From TPA_inf: Saccharomyces (taxonomy: Eukaryota), in the NCBI GenBank assembly GCA_000146045.2, contig BK006939.2, positions 192,001-256,000 on the forward strand: a stretch of DNA of 64,000 nucleotides. The letters run 5' to 3'. Shown piece by piece: positions 10,192 to 22,075 of this stretch; position 1 is the first letter of the stretch, and each line of letters opens with the position of its first letter. Under the pieces are notes generated by a model. That model worked only from the letters and a program-made list of their open reading frames with translations, was not told the origin of the DNA and did not search any database. A program made the position numbers and the translations under genes.

Positions 10192-12963
10192 ATGTCAAGC
10201 GGCAGTACTATTGTTTCGTCTGACAAGTCGGGGCGAACATTTAAGCATGAGGAAGAACTACCCAAGTTACCATTACCTAAACTCTGTGACACTTTGCAGC
10301 GTCTGAAGGAGAGTTTAGAGCCATTGTATTATGCTGATGGTTACTATCAACATCCTTTAGATCCAGAACAAATTGAGAAGCTGTCATCCATAATAAGAGA
10401 TTTTGAAGAGAATCCCGTAAGTGAGAAGCTGCAATCTAAACTACAGAGCTACCATGACACTAGGGATTGCTACCTTGATGAATTACACTTAGACATCAAT
10501 AACCAGACCTCCACTAGGGAGATTCAGGACGATGTCCTACCCAGGAATCCCTTCTTGGTTCTCGCAGATGACGCTTTGCCAAACATCACTCAAGCTGATA
10601 GGTCAGCCGTCCTAGTGCACTCTGCGGCCAGGTTTATTTCTGCTTTGAAACAAGATTTGTTGCCACCAGATATCAATGCCACCAATGGCAAACCACTGTC
10701 AATGGCTCCATTTCTGAACTTGTTCGGTACTACTCGTAGTCCTGTTTTTCAGCGCGGTGAGGTTGAAAATTTTGATTTGAACAAACCTTACACAGCATCT
10801 GATTTAGAAGACCCTGATTATTCAAGCGATGAGGACGATAACGACGAACCCACCCAAAAAGACTTTGATGACCGTAAAAGAAAACACGAAGAAGACATAT
10901 TCACTGGCAATGGTATAACTATAAAAAGACATCCGGATAGCAAACACATCTTGATCATCTCCAGGGGCCAATACTATACACTGGAAGTACTTGATTCGAC
11001 GAATAAAATTATATACACTGCTGCAGAATTAACCACAATTTTCAACCATATAATAAAAGATTCTTCTGGCATTGAAAAATCAACTGCGTTAGGTAGTTTG
11101 ACCTCTCACTCTTTTAGAAACTGGAAATATGCAAGGAAGAGACTACAGAAAAGGTATCCTAATGAATTACATCGCATAGACTCTGCTCTGTTCGTGTTAG
11201 TGCTGGACGAATCACAAGAAGAAACTACCAATGATGGCGATGATACCGCTGATATCAGTCAAATGTTTAACAGGACTATCACTGAGCGAGACAAGAAATG
11301 TACTTCCGCCAATTGTAAGAGAGTGTTTTACGGTACTTCTATAATAAATAGCAAAGGCCATCAAGTGGGTTCATGTGTTTCTCGTTGGTATGATAAATTA
11401 CAGTTAGTTGTCACTGCAGATGCAAAAGCCACAGTGATTTGGGATTCCTTCACATGTGACGGGTCAGTCGTGCTTCGGTTTACTTCTGAAATTTATACAG
11501 AATCAGTCTTGAGATTAGCTAGAGACGTTAACGCCGGTGACCCACAGTTTTCACTCTGGCCTAACGTGACACAAATGGATCCTGAAACTAAAAAACTGAT
11601 GACGGCGACCATAAGTGCCGACGGCGGAGGCCCTTCTGAAATTGACCCTAAGTTGGTTGTAAATAAAATCGATTGGTCTTTCAGTAACATCCTGAACACA
11701 CATGTCCATTTGTCAGAAACCAAACTAGCTGATCTGATTTCCAAGTATGATATTGTTCGCGCTTCTATTCCATTGGGCAGAAGGTCAGCTCAAAGATTAG
11801 GAGTCAAGCCCGATTCGATGGTTCAAGTAGCTTTACAAATAGCTCACTATGCTTTGTATGGAAGAATGGTGTTTGGATTAGAACCAGTATCCACACGTGG
11901 TTTCAAAAACTCGAGATCATCTTTTATTAACATTCAAAGTCAAGCGCTGTTGGAACTATGTCAATTGTTTATTTCTAGCTCCATTGATGGGACAGATAAA
12001 TTAGACAAATTTATCCAAACCTGCGAAACACATAATAACATGGTTAAACATGCAAAGTCTGGGGTAGGTTATGAAAAACACTTCAATGCATTGAAATATC
12101 TCTTCAAATTTCATGACCATTTTGGTATCCACTTAAGTGGTGATGAATCATCTGCTGCGAAAGATCTTTTCGAAAATCCACTTGTTTTACCTTTCTCACA
12201 GCCTGAGTTGATTGTTGCCAACTGTGGTAATGCTGCTACCACGACATTTGGTATAACTCCTGCTGTACCTCATGGCTTTGGAATAGGGTACATCATTAAA
12301 GATGATCAAGTAGATTTGACCGTGACATCGCAATTTCGACAGGGTGACAGGTTAATGTTTATGTTAAGTTGGGTGTTAGGCGAAATTCGTTCCTACTGGA
12401 GGATGTCACGCGGCACTTCTCATAATAAAACTGGCGTGAAGATCAGTCCAGTGGTCGATAAATTGTATGAAATGGACAATGCAGTCAATAATCCTCCGAA
12501 ACGTAACGGCCATACAGTCAATGGCTCCCGCAAAACATCTTCTTCATCACAGGTAAATTTGAACAGGTATGGCGGGTTTTTCGATTTGGAAGGCCACATT
12601 GACAGTAGGAATATATCTAAAACACCATCGATGAAGAATTTGCAGAAAACCTTCAATGGCTTGACCATGAGCGCAGACAATGATCATTCAAGTTCCGCAG
12701 TTTCCGTTCCCACAGAAAAGGAAAAATTAAATACAGGCCATGAAATTTTACAGATCCAACCGCGGGAAGTGGCAAGTAATGGGTTGGAAGCAGATGATGA
12801 GACAGATATTGAAATAGTTGCTGGCAATGCTGATGGCACATCCTCTTCGGCATCTTCAGCTACATCTCTAAATTCCAAGAAACGTAACGTCATCAACTCA
12901 AGATTCGATATTGATTTTGACCGCAGTCGTGTGGGTAGAAAGGTGGCGACCTTAGATCAATAA
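10192..12963 (+). CDS. YAT2: Carnitine O-acetyltransferase family protein, 923 aa
   Basis: 923-aa ORF with the carnitine/choline acyltransferase fold. Matches YAT2 (YER024W). Confidence 0.9.
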   Translation: MSSGSTIVSSDKSGRTFKHEEELPKLPLPKLCDTLQRLKESLEPLYYADGYYQHPLDPEQIEKLSSIIRDFEENPVSEKLQSKLQSYHDTRDCYLDELHLDINNQTSTREIQDDVLPRNPFLVLADDALPNITQADRSAVLVHSAARFISALKQDLLPPDINATNGKPLSMAPFLNLFGTTRSPVFQRGEVENFDLNKPYTASDLEDPDYSSDEDDNDEPTQKDFDDRKRKHEEDIFTGNGITIKRHPDSKHILIISRGQYYTLEVLDSTNKIIYTAAELTTIFNHIIKDSSGIEKSTALGSLTSHSFRNWKYARKRLQKRYPNELHRIDSALFVLVLDESQEETTNDGDDTADISQMFNRTITERDKKCTSANCKRVFYGTSIINSKGHQVGSCVSRWYDKLQLVVTADAKATVIWDSFTCDGSVVLRFTSEIYTESVLRLARDVNAGDPQFSLWPNVTQMDPETKKLMTATISADGGGPSEIDPKLVVNKIDWSFSNILNTHVHLSETKLADLISKYDIVRASIPLGRRSAQRLGVKPDSMVQVALQIAHYALYGRMVFGLEPVSTRGFKNSRSSFINIQSQALLELCQLFISSSIDGTDKLDKFIQTCETHNNMVKHAKSGVGYEKHFNALKYLFKFHDHFGIHLSGDESSAAKDLFENPLVLPFSQPELIVANCGNAATTTFGITPAVPHGFGIGYIIKDDQVDLTVTSQFRQGDRLMFMLSWVLGEIRSYWRMSRGTSHNKTGVKISPVVDKLYEMDNAVNNPPKRNGHTVNGSRKTSSSSQVNLNRYGGFFDLEGHIDSRNISKTPSMKNLQKTFNGLTMSADNDHSSSAVSVPTEKEKLNTGHEILQIQPREVASNGLEADDETDIEIVAGNADGTSSSASSATSLNSKKRNVINSRFDIDFDRSRVGRKVATLDQ

Positions 12964-13250
12964 GAACGCTCTTTGTTTATCTATTTATTACTAGCATTAT
13001 GCGTAAGCTTGGCGTGATGTGATATATACTTGTTATATGAAGTATATCAATATGCTTTAATTTATGCTTATTATTTGCTCTCATGTCAGTAACCCGGACC
13101 AGATTTGCCATTGAAAAAATTTTCATAGAATAGCCCGATGCTGATCATCAGTACAAAAGACAGAGATTTCATCTCGACCTGTACCAGGAGCTAAGCAAAG
13201 AGGGCGGAAAGAGCGTAATACACCGTTAACATCGCGCATTAGAGGTAGAC

Positions 13251-14834
13251 ATGAGTGACTTACAAGACCAAGAACCTAGCATTATTATCAACGGTAATTT
13301 GGAACCAGTTGGTGAACCAGATATCGTTGAAGAAACGGAAGTTGTAGCTCAAGAAACACAAGAAACACAAGATGCTGATAAGCCAAAGAAGAAAGTCGCC
13401 TTCACTGGCTTGGAAGAAGACGGGGAAACTGAAGAAGAAAAAAGGAAAAGGGAATTTGAAGAAGGTGGTGGTTTGCCCGAACAACCATTAAACCCTGATT
13501 TTTCAAAATTAAACCCACTATCCGCCGAAATTATCAACAGGCAAGCTACAATAAACATCGGTACCATCGGTCATGTCGCCCACGGTAAATCCACAGTAGT
13601 TAGGGCTATTTCAGGTGTCCAAACAGTCCGTTTTAAGGATGAATTAGAACGTAACATTACTATTAAGTTAGGTTACGCTAATGCTAAAATTTATAAATGT
13701 CAAGAGCCTACATGTCCCGAACCTGATTGTTATAGATCATTCAAATCTGATAAAGAAATCAGTCCTAAATGTCAAAGACCAGGTTGTCCGGGGCGTTACA
13801 AATTGGTCCGTCACGTTTCTTTTGTTGACTGTCCCGGTCACGATATCTTAATGAGTACTATGTTATCAGGTGCTGCTGTTATGGATGCTGCGTTACTGTT
13901 GATTGCAGGTAATGAATCTTGTCCACAACCTCAAACCTCAGAGCATTTAGCTGCCATTGAAATCATGAAATTAAAGCACGTCATCATCTTACAGAATAAG
14001 GTCGATTTAATGCGTGAAGAAAGTGCCTTAGAACACCAAAAATCCATCTTGAAGTTCATCAGAGGTACCATTGCTGACGGTGCTCCTATTGTACCAATAT
14101 CCGCTCAGTTGAAGTATAACATCGACGCAGTTAATGAATTTATTGTCAAGACTATTCCCGTACCACCAAGAGATTTTATGATTTCTCCAAGGTTAATTGT
14201 TATTCGTTCATTTGATGTTAATAAGCCAGGTGCTGAAATCGAGGACCTGAAAGGTGGTGTTGCCGGTGGTTCTATTTTGAATGGTGTTTTCAAATTAGGT
14301 GATGAAATTGAGATTAGACCAGGTATTGTCACCAAGGATGATAAGGGTAAAATTCAATGTAAACCAATCTTTTCTAACATTGTCTCCTTATTTGCCGAAC
14401 AAAATGACTTGAAGTTTGCTGTTCCCGGTGGTCTGATTGGTGTTGGTACTAAAGTTGATCCTACCTTGTGTAGAGCTGATCGTCTTGTCGGTCAAGTCGT
14501 CGGTGCTAAGGGTCATTTGCCAAACATTTATACTGATATCGAAATCAACTACTTTTTGCTACGTCGTCTATTAGGTGTCAAAACAGATGGTCAAAAGCAA
14601 GCCAAAGTCAGAAAATTAGAGCCAAATGAAGTTCTTATGGTCAACATTGGTTCTACCGCTACGGGGGCTCGTGTGGTTGCCGTTAAAGCTGATATGGCAA
14701 GATTACAGTTAACGTCGCCCGCTTGTACTGAAATTAACGAGAAGATTGCTTTGTCGAGACGTATCGAAAAGCATTGGCGTTTGATTGGTTGGGCAACCAT
14801 TAAAAAGGGTACTACATTGGAACCCATCGCTTAA
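13251..14834 (+). CDS. GCD11: Translation initiation factor eIF2 gamma subunit (GTPase), 527 aa
   Basis: G-domain motifs [18 protein letters not shown]. Zinc-ribbon cysteines. 527 aa. Confidence 0.96.
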
Positions 14835-15356
14835 GGAACCAATAAAACCACTGCAAAGACAAAAATTTCATAATTAATCTGAAAGAAAGTGAAGATAAGA
14901 AACGGGCTAGGAGGAAGGGAAACTGACACTTCTGGTTATTGCAATATGCTCATATACATTGATGCGTAATGACATTGATGATCTTTATTCTCTTTTTATA
15001 ACGTTTTCTTTCTTTTTTTTTCCTTCTTACATAGTATTCAACTGTATATTTAACATGTTTTACGTATTTTTAAGAAAAAATTACTAAACGCGATAATATT
15101 AAGCAAATATTTATCTCATAGTTCTCGAACTCATTTATTTCCCATTGATGCCATGAAAACCTCTCAAACCTTTATCGTCTAGTTACACCAGTAGTCAATA
15201 AACTGCCTTTCTTTTTTTACACCCAACATACTCTACACTAAATCTTATCGGTGGTTTGTACATGGAGACAATTGCACAAAGATAATGAAGCTCCAAAATT
15301 ATTCAGTATCTATTGAGTATATATAACCTTGAAAAGGTTTTATTTTATATAAGTTC

Positions 15357-15428
15357 GCCATCTTAGTATAGTGGTTAGTACACATCGTTGTGGCCGATGA
15401 AACCCTGGTTCGATTCTAGGAGATGGCA
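15357..15428 (+). tRNA. tH(GUG)E1: tRNA-His (anticodon GUG)
   Basis: GCCATCTTAGTATAGTGGTTAGTACACATCGTTGTGGCCGATGAAACCCTGGTTCGATTCTAGGAGATGGCA, a cloverleaf with anticodon GTG and B-box GGTTCGATTCT. T-run terminator TATTTATTTTTT immediately 3'. Confidence 0.95.
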
Positions 15429-15643
15429 TATTTATTTTTTATATTCTTAATATACAAAGAATGTCGTGTGAAGCTGTAGGCACAGGTAATTTTGTAACCA
15501 TAGTCAGATGTGGTGATCATGAGAGCGAATTATAATTTTATACCAGCTGGCAAGAATTGAGTAATATTTAGACCAGCATATAAAAGTAGAATAAAAAGTT
15601 ATATGTACAAATTTTTTTTGACGCCAGGCATGAACAAAAACTA

Positions 15644-16474
15644 CTATGGCTTTGGAATTTTCAAGCTCTTCGAAATCATTCCACACCCATGGATAAAAAA
15701 TACTAGAATAATTGGATGAAATTCCAATATTTGGTCTTCTCTAAAAATGCCGAATGGGATGTTATCAAAAATTAAACCCTTTCTGACACAATATGCCATA
15801 CCCAACACCAAAGCTAGAGTGGTTGGCATAGGCAATCCCTCAAAATATTTAGATTTACCTGTGCTAGAATCTTTGGGTAATTGAGCAACGGTGACATTAA
15901 ACCTTGCTAATCTCGCTAAGCCGCAAAGGACAAAGAAAGATAAAATCATGACATCGAATGTAGTTTGAAATCCAATGGCAAAAGCAATTGCAGCCGGAGC
16001 CACACCAAAGGAAACCAAGTCGGCCAAAGAGTCCAGTTCTTGACCCATTAAGGAAGACCTATTTCTCAGACGTGCTACTCTCCCGTCAAGGAAATCGAAA
16101 CACATACCCAATAAAATAAAGAAATGGGCACGCTGGACGTAATGAGGTTTACCTGTAAGCGTAAATCTCAGACAACTTACAATAGAGTAAAACCCAGAAA
16201 ATCCATTCAGCATAGTAATGTAATCTGCCATATGCAAATTCCTCATCATGCTGAAATGATGTTCGTCACTTGTAAATTTTTGGATATCAGTAGCATTAGG
16301 GGGGGCCAATGGAGTTGTATTTATAGAAAATATACTTGAGGCCCTTCTGCTTAATGTGCCACCAACTTCATCTGAGGCATACCCGTCATTTTCGTCTCTG
16401 TGTTCATTTACGATAACGTCTGTGTCCGTGTGTGGGAATTCTTGAGGTGCGAAATCTTCATCTGATTCAACCAT
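15644..16474 (-). CDS. CHO1: CDP-diacylglycerol--serine O-phosphatidyltransferase (phosphatidylserine synthase), 276 aa
   Basis: 276-aa ORF with the CDP-alcohol phosphotransferase motif DGxxAR...G...D...D. Matches CHO1 (YER026C). Confidence 0.95.
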   Translation of the reverse strand: MVESDEDFAPQEFPHTDTDVIVNEHRDENDGYASDEVGGTLSRRASSIFSINTTPLAPPNATDIQKFTSDEHHFSMMRNLHMADYITMLNGFSGFYSIVSCLRFTLTGKPHYVQRAHFFILLGMCFDFLDGRVARLRNRSSLMGQELDSLADLVSFGVAPAAIAFAIGFQTTFDVMILSFFVLCGLARLARFNVTVAQLPKDSSTGKSKYFEGLPMPTTLALVLGMAYCVRKGLIFDNIPFGIFREDQILEFHPIILVFFIHGCGMISKSLKIPKP

Positions 16475-16627
16475 TTTTTAATATATAGTTTTATTTTTGT
16501 TTTTTGATTGAATCAAATAGACAACTAAAAATGACAATCACCCACAAAATGAAAAAAATAGGTGTATCTCTCTTTCCTTATTTATAATGTTTCCTATAAA
16601 ATACGGATCTTCATCTTTAGATGGGTC

Positions 16628-16637
16628 CATGTGAAAG
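16628..16637 (+). promoter_or_regulatory. ICRE/UAS-INO-like element (CATGTGAAAG) about 155 bp upstream of CHO1
   Basis: 9/10 match to the CATGTGAAAT consensus, with the Ino2/Ino4 E-box CATGTG intact. CHO1 is a classic inositol/choline-regulated gene. Confidence 0.55.
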
Positions 16638-16978
16638 CTCAAAGGCGTGAGGGTGCCGTGTGAACGTTCAAAGTGATTTTGACCAATTACTGATATATAT
16701 TCAGTGTCTGGCACAGAAGTCTGCACACATTGAGAAGGAGTGGGGATTGATGTTAGGGATATCTTCTATAATGCTACTAATTTATATATACATCCCGTAA
16801 CAATTATGTGCATATACGTACGTACGTACGTATATACGTATATACATTCCAACCCATATATACAAATACTTACATGTAGACCTTGATATTTAGTATCATG
16901 GAGAGCTATAATGGAAAAATCGCAGAAACATCTTCGCTTTTATCTAAAAAGATGTAGCTATAAGCTCTATAATCATAT

Positions 16979-18232
16979 CTATTGCAATGGTGTATACAGT
17001 ATTTGGGTCACGTATTTTTGTTTATACCTAACAATGGATGCGACACATAATGTATTATGCTTAATACTGCTTGTCGCCAGATGGTTCAATATAACATGGT
17101 TCGGAATGGGAAGGGCGCCAGACGTATTATCAGTTTGCGCGTTTGAGTAACTATTCAAAATGACGTTTTCTAAATGAGGTGGCAGTTGTGGAGGAGTCAA
17201 CCAGGCCATATTTTGGTGATTATTTTGCTGCTGATCAAGTGTCAAATAATATTGTTCCATTACATTTGGGTCGGTGAACACAGCAGGTATATCTTGAGTG
17301 TACTCTAAATTAGGTTTAGCGGGGGTCTCATCGTGAAAACGAGTGTAACCATCGCCCATGTCATCTGGTTCCTTTTCTATCTCCAATGCGATTCTCGAGC
17401 GAGCGCTCATAGGTCTCTTACTCAATTTGCTATCATCTACATGATTCGCTTTTTTTTCAGCCAGATGCTGCTGAGGTTCATTGCCCCAATCAGGCGGTGC
17501 GCTCACTTCCATATAGTTGACGAAGTTTCCCATTTGGTCGGTTGCGGTAGGTAAATAATCACTGAATCTTAACTCATTGTCAACAATAAATCTGAAACGA
17601 TGAGTACCTGGAGGCAGCTGTAATTTTACATGCATAAGTCCAGGCTGTCCAGGGACTGGTACTAACCCGATCATCTTTCTCCATCCCGTAAAAGACCCAG
17701 TAACGTACACTTTATTACCCCCCTGTTGCCAAGTGATGTCAACTGGAAACATCATAGCTCTTCCTTTCTTGCCTTCCACAGTGCCCTGTTGCTGTTCTTG
17801 TTGCTGTTGAAAGCCTTGATTTTGAAGTGAGTCAGGCTGCTGAGATGGTTGATAATCCATTTTTTGCAAGGTATTTCCTGTCATATCTGCATCGTGGATA
17901 TCGCCTTCGTTGCTGTCGATACTACTCGAGCTGCTAGCATCGATATCATCATCAGAATCAAAGGTCTCCCCAGAACCATTTTCCGCATGGTTTGAATATG
18001 GAGGTATTTCATCGTCATCATCGTCGTTAAAAATTAAACTCGATTTATGTCTTAAAGGATGCTGAGGCTCTAATTCATTAGGATTATCTACGTTCATTTG
18101 AGAAAAAGTGTACGCCAGGGAAGCCTCATTAGTTGAATCGGCGCTATGTTTACCATTAATCGTAGTGTTGCTAGCTGCGTCACTGACATCTAACATGGAA
18201 GCATCCTTGTTTTCAGGGTTGTCGCCAGCCAT
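16979..18232 (-). CDS. GAL83: Snf1 kinase complex beta subunit (glycogen-binding and KIS/ASC domains), 417 aa
   Basis: 417-aa ORF. The CBM/GBD region (KVYVTGSFTGWRKMIGLVP) is present. Matches GAL83 (YER027C). Confidence 0.92.
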   Translation of the reverse strand: MAGDNPENKDASMLDVSDAASNTTINGKHSADSTNEASLAYTFSQMNVDNPNELEPQHPLRHKSSLIFNDDDDDEIPPYSNHAENGSGETFDSDDDIDASSSSSIDSNEGDIHDADMTGNTLQKMDYQPSQQPDSLQNQGFQQQQEQQQGTVEGKKGRAMMFPVDITWQQGGNKVYVTGSFTGWRKMIGLVPVPGQPGLMHVKLQLPPGTHRFRFIVDNELRFSDYLPTATDQMGNFVNYMEVSAPPDWGNEPQQHLAEKKANHVDDSKLSKRPMSARSRIALEIEKEPDDMGDGYTRFHDETPAKPNLEYTQDIPAVFTDPNVMEQYYLTLDQQQNNHQNMAWLTPPQLPPHLENVILNSYSNAQTDNTSGALPIPNHVILNHLATSSIKHNTLCVASIVRYKQKYVTQILYTPLQ

Positions 18233-18691
18233 ATTTCAGTGTAGATAATTTATTATTGTGCAGGAAACGACCTTATACAAAATATAGTAGCTCTTATCTA
18301 GGATGCTCTCTACTTGCGATTACAACAGTGGCCCAAATCCTACGAGATCGGTATTGTTTTCTTTGCCACGTTTTTTCGTGAGCTTTTCCAAAGGGGAGCA
18401 AATTGGTCGCTTAAGGATGAAAATTAGTGCAACAAAAAAAATAGCGTGGCCTGTGTTTTAACGGTAAAGACAAATTATTGAAGGTAGAGCAGGACTTTGA
18501 ACCGGTCCGGATGAAGACCACTGGACCATGTTTCAGTCTCACATGGGTTTTTTGAAGCACAGCTTTTAAATTTGCAATGATTTTCTCCAAAGGTTTTCTT
18601 TGCGTCTTCATTCCAGGAAAAAGTATATCAAGTTTCAAGAACCCATTGTTATTTTCCTTCTTATATTCTATACGTTTTATTTACTGCTTGT

Positions 18692-19876
18692 TTATTTACT
18701 GAAGTAAGAAGGAGCACTGTTGAAATTATCAATTTGTCGCAAAATGCTCTTTATCGGAGGCAATGATACATTGGGACTTGTGTTGGATGCTCTTGATTCT
18801 TGGCGGTGAACGTTACTGTCCTCATCATCTCCAGATATATGAAATTGTGCCCTTTCATGTTGTCTCCCTCTGCTAACAGCATTAACCTTGTACTTATGAT
18901 TGCTCCTGCAAGCTTTCTGTGTTACAGGTGGCCTATCAAAAAATATTCCCATGCCCATGTCTTTAGCCGCGGTGTCATCATACGTAACAGAAGTGAGTGA
19001 TGATGAACTGCTCGAAACGGATACTGTCCTTGAAATTTCCATGTCTCCTGTGTTTACAGAAGGCATGATTCTTCGCAGAGGACTTAAGTCTGTTGGCGGT
19101 CTTGAAAAGCTCTTTGATGGATGTGAAGTTTGAGAAAGAAGCGAAGCACTGGATTGGTTTTTAGAACTACTCAAAGAATCAGGACCACTCATGGCGGCCA
19201 AATTCCTCCTAGATTTCGAAAATATAGAGGAGTTTGAAGACAATTCACCCAGGGCTAAAGAACTTCCGGACGAATGTACATACGGTGTAGATGCAGGATC
19301 TTCAGGAAACCCGCTTTTCAGGTACTGGAATGGAGAAGTAGAGGGATATACTGATGCAATGGAGGTGATAGAAGTAGTGGAGAGGCTACTTGGAATCGGA
19401 TGAGGGTCATTTGGAATATTTATCACAGGCACTAAAATTGCAGGTGCCTGTGTCTCCACAATGCCATTATTATTTCCAGTATTTCGTATATTCACGTCAT
19501 CGCAATTCTGAGCAACGGAGATAAGAATAGGTGGCACTTTAGATTGACCTATCCCCGTGAGCGAAACACCAGTGTTTTCATTGAAGGTGGTAGGGGCGGC
19601 GGTAGCAGTATTCACAACGGTTTTTCGCGAGCCCTTGGATTTTATTCTGCGCCTTTGGACGCCTTTAGTATGTGTCCTCAAATGTCTTTTTAGTTCATCG
19701 CTTCGGCTGAAGCTTTTCGGACAGCCCTGAACGGTACATTTGTGAGGCTTCTCGCCAGTGTGCGTTCTTCCGTGCCTTTTTTTATGTTCAAGTCTGTGGA
19801 AACCTCGTGAACAAATTTCACATCTAAAGGGTCTTTGGTCATTATCCGGAGGAAATCTATCTCGCAGGTAATTCAT
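18692..19876 (-). CDS. MIG3: C2H2 zinc-finger transcriptional repressor (Mig1 family), 394 aa
   Basis: Two N-terminal C2H2 fingers ([31 protein letters not shown]...). 394 aa. Confidence 0.92.
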
Positions 19877-20457
19877 ATATGGAATTTAAGAAAAGGATCG
19901 CCGATGTGCACCTACTAAGAGCAAAAGGAAATACTATGAAGCACACCGACTCATGGCAAGAAAGGGTCTCTGTTTTTAAACTTTATCTACTAGGATTAAG
20001 GAAAAAAAGAAGAAAAATAATGAAGCAACAAAAAAAAACTGGAACTGCTTTGCCTTCCAAGTATTACTGATTGAAGAACAGTATGAGGGAGCTAAATCAT
20101 TTATACACGGAAAAATTAGTGAAGGATTTTTTGGTGGGGTCTCCAAGGAAGTAATTTCTACGGTGTGGTCTATGTATGTTTTTCCGGACGCGTTCCGCCG
20201 TTTTGGTTTCTGCCCCAGAACACCCCCCATAAAAGAGGTTTTTCCGAAGAGTGCCTTTCAGTTTTTCCGAGATCTTTATCTTTTTCATCCGTATTATGTA
20301 AACCTGAATAGCCCCTTGAGCAATTGAGTTGCATAATAGCATGCAATTGCATATTGAACCTCCTAGGACTTAAAGGTTATTCGTCAACTAAGGAAAAATA
20401 TGCTCATAACTTACATATCTCGTACACCCTAAAATCCCACACAGGGATTAAAATTAA

Positions 20458-20468
20458 AATTATGTTTA
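20458..20468 (+). promoter_or_regulatory. Candidate ARS consensus sequence (10/11 match AATTATGTTTA, with a partial extended-ACS match) in the MIG3-SMB1 intergenic region; possibly ARS512
   Basis: AT-rich intergenic spacer. Match to WTTTAYRTTTW and its 3' GTT extension. Placement relative to a known origin rests on uncertain memory of chromosome coordinates. Confidence 0.25.
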
Positions 20469-20586
20469 GGTAATGAAAAAATAGTAAAAAAATGCTTCCT
20501 TAAGTTAATTATGAATTTCCCTATTAACACACATGCGTACACAAAAAAAGTATACGGAAACTATATTAGACTACACTACATCAACC

Positions 20587-21177
20587 TTATTTTCTTTTAA
20601 AACCTGGTGGGGGCTGAAACTTCCTTGTTTGAGGGGGCGCTTCATTATTAAACCTCGACCTATTTGCGCCGATATTATCGTTGCCACCATTGTATCTGCT
20701 CGACGATGGTTGGGCAATCTCCCTAGAATTGCTACTAGTATGCTTCGCATTGGCCGTGTTAGGTTTAGCGATCTTTCCCGGCTTTTTCTCTTTCTCTTTT
20801 CTTAGTTTCGTCTGCTTTTGCGCTTGTTTCTTTTCCTTTTTATCTCTCACTAGTCTTTCCTTCTTGGATAGTAGCGGCTTATCCTCCACCACTGTGGATA
20901 AGATCTGTTCTCCTCTTAGTATAGTCAGTCCCAACACTCTTTTTTCTACCTTGATGTTCAAAGTGGTTCCATCTTTTGAATCTTTTCTCGGTCTTAATTT
21001 ATCTAGTTGAGTTTTGGGTACCCTCTCTTCTATACACTCATTCAACACTAAATTCATATGTTTATCAAATGCCATCAATTGCCCGATGTAAACGCGGCCA
21101 TCTTGAGTGAGAACCCTCAGCTTATAATCAATAAGGTTGGCTAGTCGGCTGCTATGTGCCACCTGTATTTTGCTCAT
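20587..21177 (-). CDS. SMB1: Core snRNP Sm protein B, 196 aa
   Basis: Sm fold at the N-terminus with a basic, K-rich C-terminal tail. 196 aa. Confidence 0.93.
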   Translation of the reverse strand: MSKIQVAHSSRLANLIDYKLRVLTQDGRVYIGQLMAFDKHMNLVLNECIEERVPKTQLDKLRPRKDSKDGTTLNIKVEKRVLGLTILRGEQILSTVVEDKPLLSKKERLVRDKKEKKQAQKQTKLRKEKEKKPGKIAKPNTANAKHTSSNSREIAQPSSSRYNGGNDNIGANRSRFNNEAPPQTRKFQPPPGFKRK

Positions 21178-21436
21178 TAGTTATTTACTTTACTGGAAAC
21201 CTGTTATACGGATGGTTCTGTTACCCCTTCTACTTTTTTCCCTGTCTTGTTCATTTCTAACTAGCATAGGCTTCTTTAAATTTCATTTTTTATTTTCATA
21301 ATTTTTATTTTGAATTTTTTCCCACATTATCGTGAGAAAAACAAGAACATGGAGAAATAAGGAAGCTCGGTGGGTGGTTAATTGGGGAACACACCTGGTA
21401 AGTAAAATTCAATACATGGAAGGAAAGAGAGAAATA

Positions 21437-21898
21437 ATGTCTGACGAAGCAAAGGAAAAGCGTGAATTAGAAAGCCAAAAGGAATCAAGTCATAATAAAT
21501 CCGAAAAGTCTGTGGAACCTAAGCCAAAGAGAAGAAGAAGAAGAAACTATGACGATTATGACGCTGAAGTAGCAAAAGAGGAGACTAAGGCTAAAAATGG
21601 TTTGACGAAGAGCGAAAATAATGGTACTGTTGAAGATTCTGAATCTGATATGGACGATGCCAAGTTAGACGCATTGATGGGAAATGAGGGAGAAGAAGAA
21701 GAGGACGATTTGGCAGAAATTGATACCTCTAATATCATCACATCCGGAAGAAGAACACGCGGCAAAGTAATTGACTATAAAAAGACTGCAGAAGAATTAG
21801 ACAAGAAGGAACCTAGCACAGGCTCTAAAGATGATGTAGGATATGGTGAAAAAGAAGAAGACGATGAAGACGAAGAAGACGATGATTTTAAAGAGTAG
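21437..21898 (+). CDS. CHZ1: Histone H2A.Z-H2B chaperone, acidic, 153 aa
   Basis: The track ORF starts at GTG 21332. The first ATG, 21437, gives the 153-aa acidic protein (MSDEAKEKRE...). Confidence 0.9.
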   Translation: MSDEAKEKRELESQKESSHNKSEKSVEPKPKRRRRRNYDDYDAEVAKEETKAKNGLTKSENNGTVEDSESDMDDAKLDALMGNEGEEEEDDLAEIDTSNIITSGRRTRGKVIDYKKTAEELDKKEPSTGSKDDVGYGEKEEDDEDEEDDDFKE

Positions 21899-22075
21899 TA
21901 AGCAAAATGTCGTACATACCGGCCTCTACTTGTGTATTCTGTTTACTTCAATTTCCTATATGCGTTCTATATGTATATAAACTATATGTCAGCAGAAAAT
22001 TGTAAAAATATAGCACAGAATTAAAGGGGAGAAGAGTCATTCACATGCAAGTGCGCAACTGCTGCAAAATATCTC

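Noticed and set aside
15000-15650. Searched the tRNA-His flanks for LTRs like those next to tRNA-Gln
   Set aside because: No delta/sigma/tau termini or internal signatures were found. The flanks look like unique sequence.
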